From an uncultured Lachnospiraceae bacterium (lineage in GTDB: Bacteria > Bacillota > Clostridia > Lachnospirales > Lachnospiraceae), in NCBI GenBank assembly GCA_910586355.1, contig CAJUHJ010000001.1, positions 69,615-133,614 of the forward strand: a DNA stretch of 64,000 nt, given 5' to 3'. How positions within the stretch are numbered: the stretch's first letter is position 1; each line of letters opens with the position of its first letter. The position numbers and the translations under genes are program-made. Under the pieces are notes generated by a model that saw nothing but the letters and a program-made list of their open reading frames with translations, did no database searches and was not told the origin of the DNA. This document shows, piece by piece, positions 30,258 through 39,550 of this stretch.

Positions 30258-31682
30258 ATGAAAAGAAAATTATTGACACTTTTATTAGCCGGATCTATGA
30301 CTGCAACTATGTTTGCAGGATGCGGCGGCAACGATCCAGAGCCGGCAACAGACAATAATGCATCAAATGCAAGCACAGATGACGATGCATCAAAAGCAGA
30401 TGACAACAACTCTGTTGAAGATACAAGCGCTCCGGAGGAAGACGCAAGCGTAGAAGAGCAGACATTGAAAGTAGCAGCTTTTGAAGGCGGATATGGTGCG
30501 GATATGTGGTCAGAAGTAGCAGAAGCTTTTGAAGCATCCCATCCTGGCGTTACCGTAGAACTTACAATTGACAAGAAAATTGAAGATGTTATCAGCCCAA
30601 GCATGAAAGCTGGGGATTATCCGGATGTTGTACATCTTGCAACAGGACGTGAGGCAGCTTTGACAGAGACTTTGACAAAAGAAAAAGCGCTTCTTGAGCT
30701 GACAGACGTACTTGATATGACAGTACCAGGCGAAGACGTAACTGTTAAAGATAAAGTGATTCCGGGATTCTTTGATACACTTGGAACAAATCCATACGGT
30801 GACGGCGTTACTTATTATGCACCTATGTTCTACAGCCCATGTGGATTATTCTACAATGCAGGCCTTTTAAAAGAAAAAGGCTGGGATGTACCGACAACAT
30901 GGGATGAAATGTGGGAGTTAGGCGATAAAGCAAAAGAAGAAGGTATCGCATTATTCACATATCCGACAACAGGATACTTTGATGCATTCACATATGCGCT
31001 TTTGGATTCTGCAGGCGGATCTGATTTCTACAACAGCTGTATGACATACGAAGACGGCATTTGGGAAAGTGACAACGCTAAGAAAGTGTTCGATTTAATT
31101 GCTAAACTTGCTGAGTATACAGAAAGCTCAACAGTTGCAAATGCAAATGATCAGGGATTTACAAAGAACCAGCAGTTAATTCTTGACAACAAAGCAATCT
31201 TCTGCCCGAATGGAACATGGCTGCCAGGTGAAATGGCAGAAGCTCCAAGAGCTGATGGCTTTGAGTGGGGATTCATGGCGGTTCCGGCTGTAAATGAAGG
31301 CGGCAAAGGTTCTTCCTTTACATTCTTTGAGCAGATGTGGATTCCGGCAGCAGCAGAGAATCAGGATATGGCAAAAGAGTTTATCGCTTATATGTATTCT
31401 GATGAAGCAGCTTCAATTTTCGCAAAATCCGGCGCTGTTCAGCCAGTTGCTGGCATGACAGATCAGTTGGATGATGATAACAAATTGTTCTATGGTATCT
31501 ATGATAATGGAGCAACTGCAGTTATGGGTGGATTTGCTTCCACAGCTCCAGTAGAGGGTGTTTCCATGGCAGATACATTATTCGGAACTGTAAACAGTAT
31601 TGTTAGCGGTGAGAAGACTGTTGATGAATGGCAGAAAGCAGTAGAAGAAGCAAGCGATCAGTTAAGAGAAGCAATGGAATAA
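30258..31682 (+). CDS. carbohydrate ABC transporter substrate-binding lipoprotein (GlcNAc / lacto-N-biose-type family likely)
   Basis: Lipobox FAGC, acidic linker, LKVAAFEGGYG, PTTWDEMW, NGTWLPGEM. Confidence 0.85.
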   Translation: MKRKLLTLLLAGSMTATMFAGCGGNDPEPATDNNASNASTDDDASKADDNNSVEDTSAPEEDASVEEQTLKVAAFEGGYGADMWSEVAEAFEASHPGVTVELTIDKKIEDVISPSMKAGDYPDVVHLATGREAALTETLTKEKALLELTDVLDMTVPGEDVTVKDKVIPGFFDTLGTNPYGDGVTYYAPMFYSPCGLFYNAGLLKEKGWDVPTTWDEMWELGDKAKEEGIALFTYPTTGYFDAFTYALLDSAGGSDFYNSCMTYEDGIWESDNAKKVFDLIAKLAEYTESSTVANANDQGFTKNQQLILDNKAIFCPNGTWLPGEMAEAPRADGFEWGFMAVPAVNEGGKGSSFTFFEQMWIPAAAENQDMAKEFIAYMYSDEAASIFAKSGAVQPVAGMTDQLDDDNKLFYGIYDNGATAVMGGFASTAPVEGVSMADTLFGTVNSIVSGEKTVDEWQKAVEEASDQLREAME

Positions 31683-31695
31683 AAATTACGAGGGG

Positions 31696-31731
31696 CGTTC
31701 CGAAGGTTCCCGCCTTCGGGACGCTTTTTTT
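31696..31731 (+). terminator. intra-operon stem-loop after the substrate-binding protein gene
   Basis: gcgttccgaagg / ccttcgggacgc followed by a T run; typical attenuating or stabilising hairpin. Confidence 0.65.
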
Positions 31732-31776
31732 GAAATAAGCCGGCAGGCTGGTTGCCGGATAATAGGAAATGGAGGT

Positions 31777-32673
31777 ATGAATGTGAAAAAGGGTAAAGCG
31801 AGAAGCATATTTATCGGGGTATGCGTGGCACCGGCCGTAATCCTATTTTTTATTTTTATGATTATCCCGACATTTAACGTTTTTAAAATGTCTCTGTATA
31901 AGTGGGGTGGGTATTCCAATAACAAGGAGTTTGTAGGCTTTGAGAACTTCAGTAAATTGATGCAGGATACTAACTTTTTGCGTTCGTTCCAGAATTCAAT
32001 ACTTTTAGTTGTCTGTGTTACGGTAGTAACAATGGCTCTTGCTTTGATTTTTGCAGCGATTATATCCAGAGAAAAAATCAAGGGAGAGAATTTTTTCAGA
32101 GTTATATTTTACATACCGAATATCTTGTCCGTAGTTGTTATTTCTGCAATTTTTGCAGCAATTTATGATCCTACTACCGGTATGTTAAATAGTATTCTTG
32201 GAATTTTCAGAGGAGATAAGGATCCGATACTTTGGCTTGGAGATCAAAAACTTGTCATTTTTAGTTTGGTAATCGCCATGATCTGGCAGGCAATCGGTTA
32301 CTATATGGTTATGTATATGGCTAGTATGGCAAGCGTACCGGAAAGCCTTTACGAGTCAGCGGATTTGGAAGGGGCAAATCATGTACAGCAATTCTTTTCC
32401 ATTACGCTGCCGTTGATTTGGACGAATATCAGGACGACATTGTCTTTTTTCATTATCAGTTGTATCAACCTTAGCTTCCAGTTTGTAAAAGCGTTGACAA
32501 ACGGAGGACCGGATGGGGCGACGGAAGTGTTCTTAAGTTATATGTATAAACAGGCATATACGAACTCGTCTTATGGTTATGGTATGGCAATCGGAGTTAT
32601 TGTTTTCTTGTTCTCCTTTGGATTATCAGCATTGGTAAATCTTGCTACCAAACGGGAACCATTAGAATTTTAA
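31777..32673 (+). CDS. carbohydrate ABC transporter permease
   Basis: FVGFENF and EAA-like motif LYESADLEGAN...FFSITLPLI. Confidence 0.92.
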   Translation: MNVKKGKARSIFIGVCVAPAVILFFIFMIIPTFNVFKMSLYKWGGYSNNKEFVGFENFSKLMQDTNFLRSFQNSILLVVCVTVVTMALALIFAAIISREKIKGENFFRVIFYIPNILSVVVISAIFAAIYDPTTGMLNSILGIFRGDKDPILWLGDQKLVIFSLVIAMIWQAIGYYMVMYMASMASVPESLYESADLEGANHVQQFFSITLPLIWTNIRTTLSFFIISCINLSFQFVKALTNGGPDGATEVFLSYMYKQAYTNSSYGYGMAIGVIVFLFSFGLSALVNLATKREPLEF

Positions 32674-32685
32674 GGAGGAGCGCAC

Positions 32686-33570
32686 ATGAAGAAAAAGAAA
32701 GAAATGAGTGCAAAATCATTATACAGGCTTTTTGTCTATGTTGTGCTTCTGGCATTGGCAATAAGCATTATTGTACCTGTGGCATGGGTATTTATGGCAT
32801 CAGTAAAAGAAAATTCTGAGTTTTACGGTAATCCATGGACACTGCCGAAAGGATTTTATTTCCAGAACTTTATTGATGCTTTTGAAACAGCCAATATGGG
32901 ACAGTATTTGTGGAATTCTGTACTGGTAACAGTTATGGCTCTTGCTATGCTGTTGGTTGTTGCATTACCGGCTTCCTATGTACTTGCCAGGTATCGTTTT
33001 ATTGGAAGTAAAATTATCAATATCTTATTCATGGGAGGTCTGTTCATTAACGTGAACTATATTGTAGTCCCAATATTTTTGATGTTTGTAGATGGGGATA
33101 CGTTCCTTAGAAAGATTGGGTTTGCAGATGGATTTTTCCTGAATAATCTTTTTGTTCTGGCATTGGTTTACGCTGCAACAGCGCTGCCATTTACGATTTA
33201 TCTTTTATCTGGTTTCTTTATTACAATACCAAGAGATTATGAAGAAGCGGCGCATGTAGACGGCAGCGGTTATTTTAGGACAATGATTCAGATTATGATG
33301 CCAATGGCTCTGCCAAGTATTATTACAGTAATTTTATTTAATTTCCTTTCTTTCTGGAATGAATATATTATTGCAATGACACTTTTGACAGGAGAGGCGA
33401 AAACGCTTCCGGTAGGTCTCATGCAGCTGACACAGGCACAGAGGGCGGCTGCAAACTATGGTCAGTTGTACGCAGGTCTTGTTATTGTAATGCTTCCGAC
33501 CTTAATTTTGTATATTATGGTACAGAAAAAATTAACGCAGGGTATGAGCCTTGGCGGATTAAAAGGTTAA
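32686..33570 (+). CDS. carbohydrate ABC transporter permease
   Basis: IPRDYEEAAHVDG, FLSFWNEY, TLPVGL, GMSLGGLKG. Confidence 0.92.
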   Translation: MKKKKEMSAKSLYRLFVYVVLLALAISIIVPVAWVFMASVKENSEFYGNPWTLPKGFYFQNFIDAFETANMGQYLWNSVLVTVMALAMLLVVALPASYVLARYRFIGSKIINILFMGGLFINVNYIVVPIFLMFVDGDTFLRKIGFADGFFLNNLFVLALVYAATALPFTIYLLSGFFITIPRDYEEAAHVDGSGYFRTMIQIMMPMALPSIITVILFNFLSFWNEYIIAMTLLTGEAKTLPVGLMQLTQAQRAAANYGQLYAGLVIVMLPTLILYIMVQKKLTQGMSLGGLKG

Positions 33571-33585
33571 TCAGGAGGGATTGCT

Positions 33586-33762
33586 ATGGAAGAAAACAAA
33601 AAATGGATTGTTGGAGTCATTGCTGCAGTACTGTTTATTATTTGTATGGCGCTTGTAATTGTGGGACAGAGTAAAATAGAAATTTCAGGTCTTGCAATGC
33701 AGCTTGTAGGGCTTTGCGGGATTCTTGCAATGCTGTTTGCATACAATAAGAAATATAAATAA
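33586..33762 (+). CDS. 58-aa two-TM membrane protein (not in the ORF track)
   Basis: GGAGG RBS, then MEENKKWIVGVIAAVLFIICMALVIVGQSKIEISGLAMQLVGLCGILAMLFAYNKKYK*; last gene before the terminator. Confidence 0.8.
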   Translation: MEENKKWIVGVIAAVLFIICMALVIVGQSKIEISGLAMQLVGLCGILAMLFAYNKKYK

Positions 33763-33766
33763 GAAT

Positions 33767-33804
33767 CAAAAACACACCGGCTTATATTAACCGGTGTGTT
33801 TTTG
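33767..33804. terminator. bidirectional terminator hairpin
   Basis: caaaaacacaccgg / ccggtgtgtttttg between convergent genes. Confidence 0.75.
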
Positions 33805-34143
33805 TGATTTTGCACGTATAAGAGAGGTGGAAAATTCTGTCAATATACGGATAGCGGAATTTCGTTCGCTGTTTTCCATTTGTCTAAGAAGTTCTAGAAC
33901 AGTGTCGCACTCGAAACCATTTTTGTTGCCAAAAATAAGATAATCTGCAGAAATATTTGCATTTTGGCATATTTTGTAGAGCGTTTTAGAGGTAATGCTT
34001 TTTTTCCCGCTTTCCACAGCAGCCAAAAAACTGTCTGAAATGCCGCAAAGTTCACTGAAACGTTCTCGGGTCATTTGCATGGCCTCTCGAATCTCACGGA
34101 TTCTAAGGCCTACGGTTAAGTTAAAATCTTTAGTTATATCCAT
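33787..34143 (-). CDS. XRE-family HTH transcriptional regulator
   Basis: VGLRIREIREAMQMTRERFSELCGIS...AVESGKK...ISADYLIFG; ATG 34143 follows AAAGGAG (track start 34197). Confidence 0.88.
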   Translation of the reverse strand: MDITKDFNLTVGLRIREIREAMQMTRERFSELCGISDSFLAAVESGKKSITSKTLYKICQNANISADYLIFGNKNGFECDTVLELLRQMENSERNSAIRILTEFSTSLIRAKSQKHTG

Positions 34144-34249
34144 GTTAGTTCTCCTTTGGAAAATAATGTATTTGGCTTTTATATATAGGCTATACAAAAT
34201 TATCCCAATAATATATATTCCAAAGAATAAGTTTTAATACTCTATGGGA

Positions 34250-34277
34250 TTGACATGACAGTAAGTTGTGATATAAT
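34250..34277 (+). promoter_or_regulatory. sigma-A promoter
   Basis: TTGACA (34250-34255), 16-bp spacer, extended TGaTATAAT. Confidence 0.7.
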
Positions 34278-34323
34278 AACAGATGTTGCAAAGATAATTA
34301 TTTTTAAAAAAGGAGAAGCGAAT

Positions 34324-37218
34324 ATGAAAAAACAAATTTTGAAAACATTGTTTTGTCTTTCTCTTACAGCAGCCATAACTCTTGGTGAAACAGGAGCGGC
34401 TTTTGCAGAAACTGTGGAAGTATCCACAGAAGCAGAGCAGGAAGATGTTTTGGAAACAATGACAGCAGAAGAGACAACAGAGCAAGTCTCAACAGAAGAG
34501 ACAGAGGAAATGAAAACAGAAGACACAGAGACGGAAATTCCTTTAGCGGATACAGAAAAAGAGCTGGAGGCAGAGACAGTTGAAGAACCGTCAGAAGAAG
34601 ATGTGGATTCTTTGGGTGCAAAAATCGTAGCATCCAATACGCTTGCTGGTTCCGCAGTGACGGGTCTTAGCTTTGATTCTGTTACACGCGTATTGTCATG
34701 GAATAAAGTGAAAAATGCGTCTACTTATAAAGTGGAAGTATATGGAACGTCAGGAAAGGTAATTTCAAGTAGTTGGTGCAGCGATCTTTATTGTTATATA
34801 AGCAGATTCAGTTGGGACTATAATAGCGATACTGCGATTGCTGTTGGATCTGTCGGTACTGTCCGTGTAACTGCGTACAACAGAGATGAATTATATTTGG
34901 TGGCATCTAATTTGACTTATGAAGCAGCACAAAAATATTGGAGTGACAGTGATACTTACAGGGTCGTATCGAAAACGGTGGGAACTACCACGTCATATAC
35001 CGTATACGCATATCCGGCAACAGCTGCTTCGGCCGGCGCAGCAATTCAGCTGAATCCGGCAGATACAACAACTGCCAGAGTATCTTCACTTGCAGGGCTT
35101 GTATTTAAAGAGGTTACTGAGTCTAATGTTGTGTTCTCGGTATCTCCTTCTACGATTCAGAGATATGAGGAAGTTGAATACCAGTATGCAAATAATGCTT
35201 CATATTTATCTGACGGCGTGGAGAAAATTAATGGAAGCGGTTCTGTTAGTACAAATTCCTATGGGACGATTTCAGACGATATAGAAATTCCGTTGAGCGT
35301 ATTTACACCGGGAGATACTCTTTATGTAAGGGCGCGGGTATATAATGATGATTATGAAGGCGCTGGAAGTTCATATAGTGCATATGTAACAGCTACCTAT
35401 CAGATTCCGGCTGCTGAAATGAGAACTTTAAATACGGTTGTGACAAGCAGCAGCATACGTCTTGAGCCGTCTGTGGAAGGTAAAGTGACGGGTTTCTGCT
35501 ATCAGAAGAAAAATGGAAAGAAATGGATTGACCTTGGTTCACAGCCGGACGCATATACGGACAAAGGACTTTTGGCAGATAAAAAATATACATATCGTGT
35601 CAGGGGCTATATCTATAATCCGACAACAAAGAAGACGTCTTATACAGATTGGAAGATGGCAAGCGCATATACATGGGGTTCAGCTTTAAATTTAAAAGGT
35701 AACGCAAAAAATGCAACCGCTGTCAGCCTGTCATGGAATAAAGTGGCAAAAGCGGAAGGATATGAGATTTATCGTGTAGAGAGCGACAGTTATTATTATA
35801 ATATCAATAAGGGTGAAGGCGTAGAATCTTTTGATAACGCAGTATTGGTTAAGACAATTAAAAAGGCAAAAACAACAAAATTTACAGATAAAAAACTGAC
35901 AAAAGGCGCTGATTACCATTATTATGTACGCGCTTACCGGACGGTAAATAAAAATAAATATTATATTGAAGACAGTGTATCTGTATCTTTGGCGGCAAAC
36001 GGCGCATGGGAGCCGCAGACAAGTTATTATCTTGCAGGCGGGGAATACATGGTGACATGGAAAAAGATGGCGGGTATTTCCGGATACAAAGTAGAAAAAA
36101 GAGATGCGAAAACTGGAAAATATATGGCTTATAAGACATTAGGAAAAAGCGCTACATCTGTAAAACTTCCAAAAGTAAGTATTGGCGCTTCCAGTGAAAG
36201 CTACCGTATCCGCGTTTATAAAGGCAAAAAAGTTTATAATAATGATTATAGTTTTACGGTCAGCCCGATGCTTTCGGCTGTAAAGAATGTAAAAGCAGTA
36301 CAAACGGCAGAAGGAGTACGGGTTACATGGTCTCCGGTCAGCGGTGCAGATTATTATTGCGTATATCGTGCAAAACAGGATTCTTTTACCTATAATAAGA
36401 CGACAAAGACATATACATTGGGTTCAGGTGCAGAAATGGTTTATGAAGCAAATTACAAAGATACCAGCGCAGGCGTAAGTCTGCTCCCAAGTTCCGGTTC
36501 TGCTGCAACAGGATATGTTTATGGCGGTAATGCTGGAGCAGCTTCTGCGGCATTATATGATGCAGCATACAAGGGAGCGTTTTATGAAGATATTTCTGCA
36601 TACAAGACAACTGAAATTAAGGGAACAAGCGTTGTAGATAAGACAATTACGGTAAAAGGATTAGTCCATAAATCCGATCTTGACCCGAATTATAATTCTG
36701 ATAAAGATACAGACAAAACAGATTATCCTTTTAAACAGTATGCAAAAGAAGCAAATGGGGCGTTAAAGACAAAAACAACAATTATGGTACAAGGACCGCA
36801 GGAAGGAACGCAGTACTACTATTTTGTCCAGGCTGTTGCAAAAACTGCAAATGGAGCAAACCAGAATGAAACAGAGACATACAGTATAGGATATACCAAA
36901 GCGGCAAGCGTTGTTTATACAAAAGTGACCGCTGCAAAAGCAGCAGGATTAAAGTCAGCGAAGAGTTCAAAGAAAGCAAGCGTAACTTTAAAAATTAAGA
37001 AAGCAGCTGGAGCAAAAGGATATGCGATTTACCGTTCTACAAAGAAAGGCAAAGGATATGTCCAGGTTGGCACAAGTACAAAACTGACCTATACAGATAA
37101 TGATGTAACAGCTGGAAAAACATACTATTACAAAGTTGCAGCGTATAAACTTTCTGAGAATGGAACATTTATATATTATAAACAGTCAGCTGCGAAAAAA
37201 GTGAAAGTGAAAAAATAA
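34324..37218 (+). CDS. secreted surface protein with FN3-like repeats
   Basis: Signal peptide MKKQILKTLF after AAGGAG; acidic linker; several FN3-like domains; C-terminal GYAIYRST...YYYKVAAY module; no catalytic motif recognised. Confidence 0.8.
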   Translation: MKKQILKTLFCLSLTAAITLGETGAAFAETVEVSTEAEQEDVLETMTAEETTEQVSTEETEEMKTEDTETEIPLADTEKELEAETVEEPSEEDVDSLGAKIVASNTLAGSAVTGLSFDSVTRVLSWNKVKNASTYKVEVYGTSGKVISSSWCSDLYCYISRFSWDYNSDTAIAVGSVGTVRVTAYNRDELYLVASNLTYEAAQKYWSDSDTYRVVSKTVGTTTSYTVYAYPATAASAGAAIQLNPADTTTARVSSLAGLVFKEVTESNVVFSVSPSTIQRYEEVEYQYANNASYLSDGVEKINGSGSVSTNSYGTISDDIEIPLSVFTPGDTLYVRARVYNDDYEGAGSSYSAYVTATYQIPAAEMRTLNTVVTSSSIRLEPSVEGKVTGFCYQKKNGKKWIDLGSQPDAYTDKGLLADKKYTYRVRGYIYNPTTKKTSYTDWKMASAYTWGSALNLKGNAKNATAVSLSWNKVAKAEGYEIYRVESDSYYYNINKGEGVESFDNAVLVKTIKKAKTTKFTDKKLTKGADYHYYVRAYRTVNKNKYYIEDSVSVSLAANGAWEPQTSYYLAGGEYMVTWKKMAGISGYKVEKRDAKTGKYMAYKTLGKSATSVKLPKVSIGASSESYRIRVYKGKKVYNNDYSFTVSPMLSAVKNVKAVQTAEGVRVTWSPVSGADYYCVYRAKQDSFTYNKTTKTYTLGSGAEMVYEANYKDTSAGVSLLPSSGSAATGYVYGGNAGAASAALYDAAYKGAFYEDISAYKTTEIKGTSVVDKTITVKGLVHKSDLDPNYNSDKDTDKTDYPFKQYAKEANGALKTKTTIMVQGPQEGTQYYYFVQAVAKTANGANQNETETYSIGYTKAASVVYTKVTAAKAAGLKSAKSSKKASVTLKIKKAAGAKGYAIYRSTKKGKGYVQVGTSTKLTYTDNDVTAGKTYYYKVAAYKLSENGTFIYYKQSAAKKVKVKK

Positions 37219-37227
37219 ATTATTATT

Positions 37228-37264
37228 ATAACGCCCAGAGGGAAACCCCAGGGCGTTATTTTTT
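37228..37264 (+). terminator. intrinsic terminator
   Basis: ataacgccc / gggcgttat stem and T run. Confidence 0.8.
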
Positions 37265-37307
37265 GGAAAAAATTCTGTATTAAGTGAGATTAATTTTATT
37301 ATTTATC

Positions 37308-37357
37308 TTGTAAAATTTTCAAAATACTGATAAAATAAATAAGAGAACATATATTCT
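37308..37357 (+). promoter_or_regulatory. putative promoter with an adjacent LexA-box-like palindrome
   Basis: TTGTAA, 17-bp spacer, TAAAAT with extended TG (37308-37336); AGAAC-ATAT-ATTCT at 37344-37357, one mismatch to GAAC-N4-GTTC. Confidence 0.35.
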
Positions 37358-37481
37358 GTGTGATTTAAAATAAAAATGAGCATATAATAAATGAAATTAT
37401 ATCTATATTAATTTTAAAGCATTGAGCTTTTGAATAAAATGTGCTACATTTATAATGTGTTATTGGAGAAAGGTGAATAAT

Positions 37482-37979
37482 ATGAATAATATTGATATTG
37501 CAAACGGAATTGTTTTTCAAAGGTTGGCAATAAGTAAAGACAGTTTTGATGATAGACTAATATGTCAGAAAAAAATTTATTTACTGCAGTCTTTAGGAAC
37601 AAATTTGGGATACACATATAACTGGTATGTAAGAGGGCCTTATTCGCCCGCATTGACTACGTATCTTTATACTAATTTAGATGTATTGGCTAGTCATGAT
37701 TATAGTGATTGTAAATTGGCAGAAATAGCAGAGAAAAATATACAGTGTGTGAATCATCTGGAGAGGGAAAAAAGATCTGATTTTACAGCCGCATCGTGGT
37801 ATGAGTTATTGGCATCTTTACTTTATATTTATAATAATAAAGAAAGTTGGAAAATAGACAGCCAAAAACAGTCGCTTTTTATAACATTAATAAAATATAA
37901 GCCGCAATATAGCGAAGAGCAGTGTCAATATGCGTATGATGTTCTTGGCAATGCTGGATTTGTAGAAATGGAATCATAA
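37482..37979 (+). CDS. YwgA / SocA(Panacea)-like small protein, putative antitoxin or regulatory partner
   Basis: RLICQKKIYLLQ...YTYNWYVRGPYSPAL and ELLASLLY motifs; ATG 37482 follows GAAAGGTG (track start 37455). Confidence 0.6.
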   Translation: MNNIDIANGIVFQRLAISKDSFDDRLICQKKIYLLQSLGTNLGYTYNWYVRGPYSPALTTYLYTNLDVLASHDYSDCKLAEIAEKNIQCVNHLEREKRSDFTAASWYELLASLLYIYNNKESWKIDSQKQSLFITLIKYKPQYSEEQCQYAYDVLGNAGFVEMES

Positions 37980-37980
37980 T

Positions 37981-39429
37981 ATGGCTGACGACAGATTAAA
38001 AATAGTAAAATATATTAATGATCCTGTTTATGGTGGAATTGGTGTTACAAAAATAGAGATGGCATTGATTGATACTCCTGTTTTTCAACGCCTGCGAGGA
38101 CTTAGGCAATTAGCGCGTGTTAATTTTGTTTTTCCGGGTGCAGAACATTCTCGCTATGTTCATTCGTTGGGTGTGTTGTATATTATGGGGTTAATGACGG
38201 ATCATTTACTAAAACAGGGAAAATTGAATGATGAGGATGTTGTTAAACTGCGAGTGGCAGCTCTCCTGCATGATATAGGACATTATCCGCTTTCACATTT
38301 GGGAGAAAGTGTATATGGTTATTGTCTTGATAATCAGAATGCAAAATCCATTGTGGAAGTACAGTCAAAAGTAAATAAAAAGCCTTTATATGAAATGGCC
38401 TCTTCTCATTCTAAGTCGGCTCATCACGAACATTTAGGAAAATATATAGTCATTCATAATCAGGAAATACAGGATATTTTATATGAGAATAAGTTGAATC
38501 CATTAGAGATTGGTGAGATTTTTACTGGAGAATATGGTTCACGAAATATGGTATATACACAATTGTTACACTCCAGCCTGGATGCAGACAGGCTGGATTA
38601 TTTGCTCAGGGATTCTTACCAGACAGGAGTTAAATATGGCTTGGTGGATTTACAGTATCTGGTAAGGTTATTAATGGTAGTGGAAGACTGCACTTTGTTA
38701 GATAATAATAAAGTACTTGTGTGTAATAAAAAGGGACAGCACGTAGTAGAACATTTTTTGATGTCAAGGTATTTTCATTACTCACAGGTGATTTTTCATA
38801 AAACAAATGCAGCATTTGAGGGAATGATTCGATGTATGTATATAAAATTGTTACAAAGTAAAAAATTTTTGTTTAATTCATTAGAGGATATACATAATAA
38901 TGTAAATGAAGAGAGCTTTCTACAGTTTAATGATGCTTTTTTGGAAATTGCATTTAAAGATTATTACAATGATACTGATGATGAAGAATATAAGCGGTTA
39001 TATGAAATGTATAGAGACAGAATTCGTCCGAAGGTAGTTTTTGAAGCAAAAGATTTATATGTTACTTCACCCAGACAGGAATTTTCTATTTTGAAGTGGG
39101 AATTGAAAAAGAATCCAGACAAGATTACAGAAATAGTAGGAGGTGACAGATGGGGGTATCAGATTGTACCGATTACTTTAGAAAAAATACATGGTTCTTA
39201 TGGTATATCAGAAAGAGATATTAATCCGGAAGATTTGAGAGAAGCAGTAAAATTATATGATGCTAATACGGATAAAATTTCCTATTTGGCAGAGGATCAG
39301 TTATCAGTTATTAGTAAACTGGCGAATTATAAAAGTGAATTTGTGAGAATATATGTACTTGAGGAACGGGGAAAAGAATATGATTATAAAAAAATACATC
39401 AGGATATATGCGCTTTAATTACGTCTTGA
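37981..39429 (+). CDS. HD-domain phosphohydrolase, SAMHD1/YwfO-like putative dNTP triphosphohydrolase
   Basis: INDPVYG, IDTPVFQRLRGLRQL, FPGAEHSRYVHSLGV, AALLHDIGHYPLSH, LDADRLDYLLRDS, YSQVIFHK. Confidence 0.88.
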   Translation: MADDRLKIVKYINDPVYGGIGVTKIEMALIDTPVFQRLRGLRQLARVNFVFPGAEHSRYVHSLGVLYIMGLMTDHLLKQGKLNDEDVVKLRVAALLHDIGHYPLSHLGESVYGYCLDNQNAKSIVEVQSKVNKKPLYEMASSHSKSAHHEHLGKYIVIHNQEIQDILYENKLNPLEIGEIFTGEYGSRNMVYTQLLHSSLDADRLDYLLRDSYQTGVKYGLVDLQYLVRLLMVVEDCTLLDNNKVLVCNKKGQHVVEHFLMSRYFHYSQVIFHKTNAAFEGMIRCMYIKLLQSKKFLFNSLEDIHNNVNEESFLQFNDAFLEIAFKDYYNDTDDEEYKRLYEMYRDRIRPKVVFEAKDLYVTSPRQEFSILKWELKKNPDKITEIVGGDRWGYQIVPITLEKIHGSYGISERDINPEDLREAVKLYDANTDKISYLAEDQLSVISKLANYKSEFVRIYVLEERGKEYDYKKIHQDICALITS

Positions 39430-39469
39430 GACGATAGATTTCCACAAACAAATGAGAAAGTGGTAAAAT

Positions 39470-39512
39470 AAGGTGTAAAGTCCATGTGAATACAGGATTT
39501 TACACCTTTTTT
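39470..39512 (+). terminator. intrinsic terminator
   Basis: aaggtgtaaagtcc / ggattttacacctt followed by T run. Confidence 0.75.
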
Positions 39513-39550
39513 AAGTTTAATATAAAATAAATCAGCGGAGGCGGACAGAA

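Noticed and set aside
29951..30604. 217-aa minus-strand ORF and similar long antisense ORFs (6357-6938, 20060-20497, 22620-23060)
   Set aside because: They overlap well-supported plus-strand genes, have no recognisable motifs, and are explained by codon bias on the opposite strand.
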